A stretch of 64,000 nt of DNA from Trichoplax adhaerens (lineage: Eukaryota > Animalia > Placozoa). Position numbers and translations under genes: made by a program. Under the pieces are notes generated by a model that did no database searches, was not told the DNA's origin, and saw only the letters and a program-made list of their open reading frames with translations. The stretch spans positions 806,001-870,000 of the forward strand of contig NW_002060965.1 in assembly GCF_000150275.1 (NCBI RefSeq), given 5' to 3'. This document shows, piece by piece, positions 26,514 to 39,199 of this stretch (its first letter is position 1; each line of letters opens with the position of its first letter).

Positions 26514-28561
26514 AAACGTTTTCAAGACTGTAAGCATGAGTATAGCATAGCTTATATCCTTAGAAGCATAATCTATTTATTGCTATTTAGCTAACATATC
26601 CATTAAACGAATATGAAACTAAATTTTACCTTTTTATTACAATTCTTTCATTGATCGACTTTGCTTTATTTTATTATATTCGTTTATTATTACTATTCAC
26701 ATTTTAATTTTCGTTCGTATTATATATATATATTTATAACTTTCATTTGTATCGAGTAATGAATGACCTTTATAAAGTAAAATGAAAACCAGTTCATCAT
26801 TACTATTATTTTACGTTTTATAACAATTAATATTTCATAAAATAAAAATTCATTATTATTCAACAGCGTAATGTATAATTGTGGAAGCCTTACGGTTATT
26901 AAGTTCTTTTCTTGATGGTTATGAGCTATTAATTAAGTGTGAAATCTACTAGCTAATTACATAAAAATCCTTATAAATACTGTGTAAAACGAAACTGCCT
27001 TAAGAAGATTTCCTGCATAACTTTTACTTCTAGTATTGTAGCATTTTGGTTCACCTTGTCTATTTGGAAATATGAATTAATTATACAAGATTATGAGCTT
27101 ACTTTGGATCGTAATTATAAGCAATGGCTCACAAGCAAACTTAAAATCATACAATAACTTTAATCGGAACCGTACTAGTTAGTTGTCAAAGAAAGTGAAA
27201 TTTGATAGTGAAATATTCTGCATTAATGCGATATGCGTAATATATCTGTAAGCAAAGATAACATATGTGTATCTACTAATTTTTTAAAGGTTAGTGGCTT
27301 AGTAATTTAGAAAATAACTTTATCATTTTTAGCTAAAACTAAATTTTACCTTAGCTTCGAATGTTTATACTATGAAAGAATTTAATATTGTAAGCATATT
27401 TATTTACCACCAGAAAATTTTTTGCCTAAACAGTAATGCAGTAACAAAATTATGAGCATTTACTACGGACAGCAAAATTGATAGTACTCGCATGTGCATA
27501 GCTAGCTGCTGGGGCACTGTATCAATATTTGAGAGACATTCAGTGCTTCCGGCGATTACAGTACCTTACGTTCTAACTGACAAGCTAGCGATTAATCTAC
27601 TGTGATTTTCACATTCCTTGCTATTACTATGGTTTAGCTATTATTTACCCGGCCTACACTTTACTACATGCCAATCACTAAAGGCAAGTCAAGATTGCCT
27701 ATAGGATAGCTATATCATAAACTGTACAATACAGGCAATATGTTCTCATCATCACTTGAGAATTGTAGTGTCCTGCATCAAATTAATTATAGGACAAAGA
27801 AGATGTAGAAATGTTTCTCGTGCAAAAAATAGTGGAATAGATAGTATCTTCTTGTGCCTTTGCTTATACAGTACTGCAGTTTAACGGCCTTGTATGCAGA
27901 TTTTTCCTTAATTATATATTTATAATAGTAATTAACTATCAACTACCTCAAGTGCTTTACAGTTTATACGGAGTAGCACAATAGCACTTCCAATTAGTTT
28001 CACAGATGATAATGAGAATTCACAAATAAGTAGAACCGACACGAGTACATTATCAAGGACAACATTTTTTATTCGCAGAACTAAATTCTTATAAATATGT
28101 AATTTAATTATCAAGTTGGATCAAATCTGCAGTGTACTATGCTTACAGACTACAAAGAAACCCTACGCAACAATAATGCATAGTATTATTGGACATCGTA
28201 GTGCTTTTAAGTATGTAAAGTTTAAATTTCTTTAATGTCATTAATGCAGTTTTAATTAACCCGTTAAATTGTAAAGCCTACTGTAACATTTTAGTTTAAT
28301 CCATACTTTAAGTAATTTAGTGATTTTCGTCAGACTTAAAAAAATCGCTTAAATACAGACTATGAAACATGAAACCGATGTACTGTAAAGTTGTAGTAAG
28401 AAATTGATATTATGATATACCAAAAACAAAATATCACACTATTGCGGAGATACAAAACAGGAAATCAATCCATATCACCACAAGAATAATATGTTAGTTT
28501 CAAAGGAAGAATTATCAACCTTTAGAAATATGTTTGATCATGGAAATTGTTAACATGACGC

Positions 28562-31097
28562 TTAATTTTCATCCTTAGTACCATGTTTTAAAATTCGGGT
28601 GAATGCAATGTAATCAAAATTTCCAGACGAATCGATTGGCGCACCATGAAACATATCGTTTACCTATAATAAAAACCGTCATTTATCTCATTCCTCGAAA
28701 TCATTAATTATACGAAATTTAAAAATTGAGGCATATTCTCAATCTTAATAACATCGTTATACCTCATCTTCTGTCATTCTATCACCCATGGTCATTAATA
28801 ACTCGCGAAGACTGAAGAAAGGTTATAAGTTAATAAGTTAAGTTTTTGCATTACTCACATTACTATGTAATCATCGTAGCGTAAGGGCATTAGTTAAGAA
28901 ATTAAAACAACGAAATTACTCCTAAGTTGATACTTACTGTTCTTCATGAATTCTTCCTTTTCCATCTTCATCAAACAGCGCAAAGGCATTCCGTATTACG
29001 TCCTCCGGATCCGTCCCTAGCATTAGTGTACACCAAAGCAAATGTTTTTAGTTATCGTATCATTGTAACCTTTACCAGTAGTGAAGCGCCACAGCTATAA
29101 ATACCATTTAATTTGTCTCCAAACAAAGTCAGAAACATAGTAAAATTGATAGGGCCTGGAGATTCATTGATCATATCTTCCAAATACTGGTCAGTTGGAT
29201 CTTTTCCTATTGTAATGAATTTCAATTTCAAATTAAGCACAGATGAATCTATAACAGTAGCTTAGGCTTGTTAGTTGCTGGTACAGTAATACATGATGAT
29301 TGATATCTGCTATTAATCATACTTCTAAGGAAAGCTGTTACTAAAATGTAGCCCGAATGTAAGGCAAGGATAATATGGTGGAATCCCCTCTTATAAATTG
29401 CAGTTTTGACTGACTTGCAGAAATAAAATAAACATGATGATAACATATCACATACCTAATGATGCTAACATATCGTGCAAATCTTCTTTGTCGACAAATC
29501 CGTCATGGTTTTGATCGATCATGTTGAAAGCCTAATATAGCAAAGCAAGAGGACTATTAATACAATGGAGATTAAGAAATAGAAACAAATTAAGGTAATG
29601 GTTCACAAATCCTAATTATAATCTACAGAATATATCGTACATTATTCTTGCATATACTGTATGTCAGTAATAATGCAAAAGGTAGACCTTTAGCTTTTGT
29701 AATGCTAGCGCATTAATGAGTCATTTTGCATCATAAAGCCAGAAAGTTTTGACTGAACGCAATACTACTTTAGTACAGAGATCATTTATTAGTATGCTTC
29801 AATGGAATCCAATGATTTGTGCGAGTCGTCCCTACTAAAAGATACTTAAGGTAGTTTTTTGACTGGAAAGGAATTATCTTGGTGATTGGTACTTTCAGTC
29901 TTATACTATAAATGTTTCTACTTTGATAATAGTAATAGTTAGAATTTATTACAAAATATAGTCGTCATTTTTTTTAAGGAGACCCTGGTCAATGAAGGAT
30001 ATCGATATAACTACAGTATTTATTTTGGCATCCTTCACATAAGCAAACTGCAATGAAGTCATTGGTTAACATTGAACTTTGAGAAATAAACTTTATTGAT
30101 ATTAGTTCGATTGCTGAAAGAAACTGTAGCCTAATTTTGTCTTCATATTTGTACATTTCTAGTGGTGTATCATGCAAACTTGGGTATCATAGAACATTAC
30201 TGTAGAACTATTTCAAGTCACGTAGCAAACTGAATCCAAAGGCACCAAGACGCGATGAGCACATACAGAGTTACCTGACTAAATTAGGTATAGGCGTAAA
30301 CTGTAGCACTGTCACATATGACTGCGCACGGATGACTTGATACTACTAGTACGTGAGAGTACAAAAGTAAAATGTGATGCCAAGTTAGCATGATCAGATA
30401 AACTATTGGGATAAATAATACCAGGAACTGTAGAATTGCTGCTATTGAATGCTATATCTATTTTTATTCTATATGATCAAGTATCTTAAGCTATTCCAAG
30501 TTGTACGGCACTCCATGTCAAGCAGATAATCGCCATGCAAAACAAACTAATTTTTACGGTCTATTGATTTGTAAGCAGTTTATTCTATTTGTATATTTGT
30601 CGATATATTGAATTTTATTGGTTGTAGATAATACATACCTCCTTAAATTCTTGGATTTGTGTCTGATCGAACATAGCAAAGACGTTAGAAGTGGCCCTTA
30701 CGGCTCGCTTCTTCGGTACTTTTCTACCGGCACGACGAGCAGCCTGTAAGAGAAGGCCATTTTAGCATTTTGAATAGAATAAGAATAGGATATTCTACAT
30801 GGAAGTTGTATACTTTAAATCTTTCTCGCATTATTTTCATACAAGCTGAAAGTATTATACAGTACGATACTACATTAACTGATTGGAGCATAGAGTCGAT
30901 CGCAGACTGCCATCATCGCCAATGCCAACATAATTAATTAACATGGCGTCGAGGGTGCGGTCCTCGTCAACCAACAACACTTCCCTATTGATAATTTGCA
31001 ACATCTTGTCGCAAGTGATGTTCCGTCCATGCTTTCTATCCTCTAATACTACTCTGTTACAACTTATCACTGCTAAAATGATACTCCAACTTACCAT
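28562..31097 (-). CDS. MYL12: Non-muscle myosin II regulatory light chain (MYL9/MYL12/sqh-like), 7 coding exons
   Basis: ATG|gtaag at 31097-31095, then [35 protein letters not shown] / [25 protein letters not shown] / [34 protein letters not shown] / [16 protein letters not shown]... / ...[20 protein letters not shown]-hand and the RATS phosphorylation site are intact. Confidence 0.96.
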
Positions 31098-31904
31098 TTT
31101 CCTAATAACACTGGAATTTTCCAAAGAACAAGGAGTAAAAAAGGCGTCTGCTTCAGTAAATCTGCCAAGCGTAAAAATGGATTGCGTCTAGCGTGTCCAA
31201 GTTGTATGGTACGGCGCCGTGCCCGTGGAATGATACACTAGTTTGCCCATATATTGTAGAGAAGACTATGAGTGAAAGCAGGTAGTTCAGTACTGTAGGT
31301 GCCAAGAAGAAGTCATGTCGGCTCATGACTTCCGTCCGTAGCCACCACCATCAAACTGAAGGCAGGGACTACTGTGAAGTCCTGAATCACACTGGTAGTA
31401 CCGTGTATGGTCATAGACTTCTAGATACAGTACGCTGTATGAAAACTGGACAGTACTATACCAGGAAAGTTCAGATTTTTTTTCTCTATCCATTAAGGGA
31501 CCGCATTTGACTGAGACTGCGCAATATACTGAGTATTCAGAAGAGAGTACTGTATCGTATTGTGCTGATCATTCTTGGACGGACAGACATTCCGACCTCT
31601 TTTCGTCCAAATATTGTTCTAAACATTTCGTTATGACCGTACTTGAGTATGCGGACGGTCTATACTGAACGGACTGATTTTTTCTCTAAATTAAGTCATA
31701 TTACGTTGAATCTTATTATCGATTACTAAAGCTCTGCTTAGGAATACTGTAGTTACATAAGATCGTAAATGTTATTTTAATTAGTACCAGTGATTTAGAA
31801 AACAGATTGAGAAGGTCCATACTAAGTAGCCATTTTTCGATATTTCTAGCCTGATTGGGTGAGAAGGGTCCGCCTGTCCGAGGCAGTGATCAGTCCAGGT
31901 TTTC

Positions 31905-32190
31905 TTCTACAGTACTGTACTGTACACTGTACTGTACACTGTACAGTACAGTAGTGTTCAATACAGTATGCATCAGGAACAGCTACAGTACAGTACCGCT
32001 ACATACTGTACTGTACACTGTACAGTACAGTACTGCACCGTACCGACCATCAGGCGGCAGCAGGGATGGGACTGGGAGGAGTGACCGTGTTGTACTGTAC
32101 TGTAGTGTACATGCGCAGTGATTTCTCTACTATGCAGTATGCGTTTGCAGAAATCTCCAGGTTACAGTATACAGTACTGTACAGTGTACA
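31905..32190. repeat. TACAG/CTGTA pentamer island in the MRLC-PANK divergent intergenic region
   Basis: tacagtactgtactgtacactgtactgtacactgtacagtacagta at ~31908-31953, with further clusters at ~31984-32033, ~32092-32111 and ~32164-32190. Confidence 0.88.
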
Positions 32191-32844
32191 CTAGAACACA
32201 GAAAAACGTGGTAGCAAGGTACAGTATGGCTACAAAAAAGTCTTTTTGCTGCCCTTGCTACAAATTGATACTAAAAGTTCGTTTGACTATTTTACCCTGC
32301 AGCCATCCCTGGCTCCTTGCTACCGTACTCGTATTTAGTGTCGTGTTATAATACTGCAGTGGCACCATGTACAAATGTACATTGTACTGTAGTAGTAGTA
32401 GCTATTATGCCGTGACATTGTGTCACGGCTCACCATACATGAATCATCCAATCAGAATCGGGTTCGCTACCTGCTGCCCTTTTTTATCTGTTTACCTCTG
32501 CGAGGTTGAACCCAGGACAGGGTTCACGTCTGATGAGCCGTACAGTACTGGAGTGTACGTTGCGCTGTCATTCACTGTATTGTACAGTATTACTACTACA
32601 GCGTCCATTCATGACATGGTACAACTATGATGATGACGACGACACAGTACACATGCTCACGTTAGCCACTCCTACGGCGCATTTCAGTGAAAGTCATCTG
32701 ACGTAAAACGGCGAGTCACCCCGAGTAGGTTGTAAGACATTGTTCCAAATCCACTACCGTACTTGACACAGCGTAGAGTACAAAACCAAGCAAAAAGTTC
32801 TATTATCCCTAAACAAGATACACCCAAGATACACCACAGCAAAG

Positions 32845-35800
32845 ATGGCTTCTAGCATGGTACGTCTAATTGATGACTATTTTATTAGGCTACTTTCATT
32901 TTTTCTCACTAATCATGCAAGTTGACGCATTTTAAGCCTTCCTTTTCTTTCCTACTTGCCAAGATTACTCCAACTGATGCAAGCACTGCACCGATCAACA
33001 CCGAGCAAAGTCTATCCAATTCCACAGATTTGAATGGCAAGCACATGTCGAAACGATCAAGAAAATTGGACAAGTTAGGTATGATAATCAAGTTAATAGA
33101 AGATGGCAAATAATACTGTTCTAGTTTGATAGATTAGTTCACTTTTCCATCTTGAATTTGTAATGGTAACTTGGATGGAAAGAAATCATTAGTGACGGAA
33201 ATTGGTCGAAATTCCATTACAATGTGATTTAGTGAACACTGGGTGTCGTGTCGATCATTTGGACGCTTACTATTTCAAAAAGTTTGATAGGCCAGTAGAT
33301 ACTGTACAGTACACACTACAGTAGTCAGTGTCTACAGACAGTACTGTACAGTCGAGGATGGGACAATGCGTTTTTACTTACATGGTACAGTAGACAGTGC
33401 TACTATGCCAAAATGCATTCAGCCCAGTGATTGTAGACGATAGTGGGATAGTCCACTCAATGGGCCACATGTTATGATAGTCCGTTTTGGCCTCCTCATT
33501 TTAACCTTAATAATGCTAACTCAGAACTTTAGTGCTGATGCCATTCAACGACCGATTGAAAATTATTTTGCTATACAATAACTACAAATCGACAACATAC
33601 TCTCCAATTAAATAGTAATCACTATGGCAGACTAAAATGCACCGCGCCCATAGTAGTACCTTGTGATCATCGCCATCATAGCCCATGCCAGTGGAGTCGT
33701 TTTATTGCCGTCATCCATCGTAGTGAAGTGTGTGTGTGTGTCACACAGCAGTCGGTTGACGCTACTCCTAAACTGAACTGCATCACCTAGAGTGCTATGC
33801 AAATCTACTGTAGCTTAGCCTGGTAGAAACTGATGGCAAGCACGGAACATGGGCTGCAATTCCACAGTACTGTAACTGGATGCAACGTCGGTCGATCTCA
33901 CCTTGCAAAACATCTTCAGCTCTGCGGTGGCCTACCGTACAGATATTCAGTTCATTCAGTCCAATAGCGAGCTAGCATACAGCACCAGTTTGAACAAAAT
34001 TGTAGAATATCATCCCGCTAGCTGTACCTAGCTGATGCATGTCTTGGATCGGAAGTTGTCATTGGTGTACATTGCATCTGCAGATGCAATGTACACTTGG
34101 AGTCAATCTGTGCTGTAGTAAGATACAGGACTACAGTTCTAAATTCCGTCATGATGGGTGAAAGAGCGTTGGAATCATTTTTGCACTGATTAATAAAGTA
34201 AACTTGTAGTTTTACTAGGTCAAGAAACATTGCCGTCCCAATCTAAATTTCAGTATTTGCCCTACTGTGATATAATAAAATAAATAAATAAACAAAAATG
34301 CTCTTGAAAAATGGATCGATACTGAATATCCAGCAGTACTGTACAATACTATGATACTGCAACATAAGGAAGTGTGATAGCAATGACTCTTTGGAGGGGT
34401 TCAATCTGTTGATTTTCATACTTGTACATACCGTGGCATATGAATAAGGTATTGATAAATACGATTACTTGCTGTACAGCACAATCTACAGGTCGTATAA
34501 TTAATCAATTAATCTCCTTAATACACCTATTGTCATGCAACGCCACTGGATCACAACGTCGTTAAAAGGAAGACTGTCCTTGGTGAATCAGGATCAGACT
34601 AAACAAGTCTTGCCCTTCCCAAATACATATCATCATAATCTATTTACGGTTCTATTTGTTTACATTGTGTACTTTAACTGAACGATCATATGTAGCCTTG
34701 ATCCAGTGCCTCAAAGACACGCTTTTTACGCATATGTCACTACGTACTGTGCTGCATTAAATTACAATCAAATATTGATGATGTTTAGCTATAACACCTA
34801 AAATGATGATTGCCAATTTAAATTCTCTACTAACATTCAAGAGAAATTAATTTCGTCTATAGATATGATCCTTATACTACTGCGCAAGTACACATATTCA
34901 AATTTCCACTGATTGGGCAACAGTCAGCCTAAATTATACTGTACAGTACAGTACTATGATTGCAGATAAAATGAATCTACTATTATTTATAATATGTATA
35001 TAGAATTGCAAGTTGTGACAAGTCATGTGATATCAATTTATTTAGCGTTTGCATCATTCCATATAGTATATATAGCACACTACTCAATTATTCAATATTT
35101 ATTCAAAGACACGTCTACGTACATAGACACTGACAAGCGCTTAAGTCTAGGATATATAGAATAATGCTTATTATATAGATTAAGTTAATGTAAAATGTTC
35201 ACAATCATTGTCATATTCGTAGCGATGGTTTTAAATAGTGGATAACAACTAAGGCACCATGTAGTTACTCATATTAACCAACAATTTTACCTTCTCCAAT
35301 ATGCAGCACCATACTTATTTGGCATGGATATTGGAGGATCTCTCGCTAAGGTTGTATTTTTTGAACCAAATAGTAAAGCGGACGGTGCGGAGAAAAAAAA
35401 GAGGATAGTAACCAAGCACGACTTAACCAGGAATCTCAGCAGCGATTCCGATAACAGTGATGCTGACGATAACTTCGAAATGCTTGCAAACTACGTTTTA
35501 TCCAATCATTACCTAGGTGACAATGGGATTCGTGACCAACGATTAGAAATGCACGATCAGCAATTCCACGGCCAATCTGGAACACTCCATTTTATTCACT
35601 TTCTCACTAGTAGAATGGACGAATGCTTCGAATTTGCCAAAACTTTTCGACTTCCAGATCTATCAGACGTTGTTTGTGCTACTGGAGGTGGTGCATACAA
35701 ATACGAAGGCAACTGTAAAGAGGTATTGGAATTGGATGAAATGAATTGTATTTTAGTTCTTTGTGAATAGTTGACCGCTATGCATTAAAAATCTCTTAAT

Positions 35801-36950
35801 TCTTGATGGTTGTTATTCATTGGTGTATGTAAAAATCTCTTTTACTATTAGATACTTGGAATGAAGTTGCGAAAGTATGATGAACTTGAATGCCTAATTA
35901 AAGGAATTCATTACATTTATGCGCATAATCCATTATCAGAATGCTACTTCTGGGAAGGAGTAACGTCAGATGGAAGTAGTCCCAATGCACGTAAAGTACC
36001 GTACGATTTTGGCGATCCTTATCCATACATTGTTGTCAATTTCGGCTCGGGTGTTAGCATATTGGCAGTTCAATCTCCTGATGAATACTATAGAGTTACT
36101 GGTTCAAGGTAACTTTATAACTTTCTTAATTTTAAGATGCATTACTATTTCGTGATTAACCTATATTCCAATTTACTAAAGTATCGGAGGAGGAACCTTC
36201 TTGGGTTTGTGTTGTTTACTTACTGGTTGTGAAACTTTCGAAGAGGCACTACGAATGGCCGAAAATGGTGATAGCACGAAAGTAGATAAACTAGTTCGCG
36301 ATATCTATGGCGGTAGCTATGACAAATTTAACTTGCCAGGAAGTACCGTTGCTGCTAGGTAAACAAACAAGCTGTTTAATACTGCAGTAATGTTAAAGAA
36401 TACCATTTACAGTATCATGTTACTTTAGTGACACTAAAATTTTGCTATATCAGTTTCGGCCATATGATGCATGAAAATAAACGAAAGCAAATGTCTAAGA
36501 GCGACTTAGCTCGAGCAGCCTTAGTCACAATCACAAACAACATTGGCTCAATTGCTATGATGACAGCACATGCCCAGGTTAATCTCACCTTAATAGCTTT
36601 ATTTAAAATAATCTTTTAACTCTTTATCCCCATAATCGCTTTTACACTTACCATCCAATTTCTCTTATTACTTTTACAGAAAATTCAAAGAATCGTATTT
36701 GTAGGCAATTTCTTGCGTACAAATGATATAGCCATGAAAATGTTGGCCCATGCTCTAAATTATTGGTCACAAGGAACGATGAAAGCTCTATTCTTGGAAC
36801 ATGAGGTAAAAAAACTTTACAATGTTATTTTGCTATTCATGAAAGAATGTTATAATTACGTTTTTCTTAAAGGGTTACTTTGGAGCTGTTGGTGCTTTGC
36901 TAAAACTAAGTGATCAAGTCAATACGGAAAAAAATAATAATAAACAGTAG
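32845..36950 (+). CDS. PANK: Eukaryotic type II pantothenate kinase (PANK1-3-like), 8 coding exons
   Basis: Probable exons 32845-32859 (MASSM) and 32964-33078 splice in phase to 35307-35723 ([17 protein letters not shown]...GIRD...LHFIHF...CATGGGAYK). Later exons give [67 protein letters not shown] and [15 protein letters not shown]; stop TAG ends 36950. The first two exons are less certain than the core. Confidence 0.95.
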
Positions 36951-39199
36951 AAAAATCATCTTGTACTGTAACGATTAATTATCAATTGCTACTCATTTTA
37001 TTGCATTGTCAGTATATCAATTCGCGTTTAAACTTCCGATTGACTCGTTAAGTAATGATATGAATACTGACTGAAAATAGCCTAATTTAGGTGAATTGTC
37101 TACTTCGTTCTATTACAACGTTGTGACTGTTGTAATTTATTCTGGTGTTACAATATACGACTTACTATTTGTAGTACTCTAGTACTGTTCAAGTAACACC
37201 TTTTATACTTGTTAGTGAAAATACATAAAACCAACTATATCGCTTATTAATTAATTCATTAAAGAGTGTAATGCTTATTTTACAACAAACCATTTTAAAT
37301 TTCACGATAAGTACAGATTAATATAGTACTTAATCATCAGTGCTTCGATTAATTAATTATTTAATTATAATCGTCAATAGTGCGGATTGGCGTTTTTGTA
37401 TGGTGTTACGCTATAAAAGTTTTGATTCACATTTTTGCCCATGAGATGTAATACCCATGAGTTAATTACAACAAGCGAAAAAAATTTTACAAATCCAAAC
37501 TGAATTTTAAAGCGACCACTTGTGAACATTGCGCTGCAGAGCGATATCCAACAAATGTTCCACATTACCTTAGCCTACATGATTTAATTTTTGGATGCTT
37601 ATAGATATTGAAATATATGAAATATTCAACTGTAAAGCGAATTTAGCTCTTATTCTTCATTGATTTTATGTAAGTGGTATGGTGAATTATTTTAAATGTG
37701 TACGTATGTATACTACAATAATCTACATGTCAAAGTTTTTGATTGTCTGTACAATAAAACATTTCTTGTTGAATATTGTGTCTTTTTATCATGATATCTG
37801 ATCCGAAATAGTTACATCTACTTTCATTCATCGTTTTGATAACAAAATTAACATTATCATTTCTATAACATCATGAAAGCACGACTGTAAACAGTTCTTT
37901 CAATTTTAGACATTATTGGAACGGACTTATCTACTTTAATTTTGATATCACCTGTTAGATGTAAAAATTGATATGGTAGACTGCTTTCATGATTGATGTA
38001 TGTTGTGCTACTCTTACTCTTAACTAATGCTAACTAATTTAATTCCTTGTGTAACTATGCATAGGTATAATACCGAAACTACTTTATACGTATGTGTATT
38101 TCACTTGTATGTACACATTACTTTTCCTTGTTGCAAATACTAATACGTGGCTATTGAGGGCTTACATACTGTACTATGCAATTTCCCTTACTAAATAAAT
38201 AAAATAATTTTGCTCGTGTATGTGCGTAAATATGTGTTAATGGTTTTATATCTGCTCTATTAATCTCTCTCTATGCGTATATTTTTGAATTTTGCAATAT
38301 ATCTTGTACCTTTAATGACACTATGGCACGTAATTAAATAAACGTGAGATAGGTAGTATATATATTCATATTATTTAATCAATGTGTGTTGGAATATTTA
38401 AGGCTAGTCTCGTAAAGTCTGCAACTGCGTGTCTGCAGTACGATTTTACTAAATTGTATCGTCTCTCTAGTGATCAAACAGAGTGATATTTTATCAGTGA
38501 ATAGTCAAGAATTATTTATAAGATGCATGCAATAAATTTACTAAACTTAACGCACATTTGTGCCTAAGAAAGTCAATAAATTGAATATATCGTCTGATTA
38601 AAATTCGAACCATAAATAACTTATCACATCGCAACATAAATCATTATTTGTTTTTTAATAAGACAGTCCTCTGAAGAATCCATAAGATACGTCTGCATAT
38701 AGTTAATTCTATACTATAGTTTTAGTTTACATACGTTACTCAGACATTCGAATACATAGTTCTCAATCTGTATCTCTATAGAAAGTAAAAAACGTGAAAA
38801 GAATGATAAAACTCTTTTATATATTCATAGAAAGATTGTACTGATTAAAATTCATAAGACAGTTGTGAGTTTTATCTAGAATTTGCTGAATCGATTGACC
38901 GATATTACGAATACACCTGTAGAACAGAGGTAACTAATTCTACTGCATATATAATTATAATATAATAATCACTGTCCATTGCGGTGGAAATTTATACACT
39001 CCGAAATAGATAATCTGATCATTAAATTCATCGAAGCAAATATATAACAGAAATATCACAAATCTATAGGTGATGTCGAGAGATTGCAATAAAATTCGGG
39101 GATATGAAAATTGGTAATAAGGTCTAATGGATCATTAGGTATCCCTATTATTAATTATCAATAGAAAATATACAAAGGAAAATATTTAAAAATACTACA

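Noticed and set aside
31247-31256. Near-CArG box ccatatattg upstream of the myosin light chain
   Set aside because: One mismatch from CC(A/T)6GG; such matches are common in AT-rich DNA.
33728-33741. Short (GT)n, plus (GA)n at ~11208 and (CT)n at ~42519
   Set aside because: Ordinary short microsatellites.
14255-36950. PLPBP (vitamin B6) and PANK (vitamin B5) as a cofactor gene cluster
   Set aside because: They are separated by unrelated genes and show no shared specific element; coincidence is sufficient.
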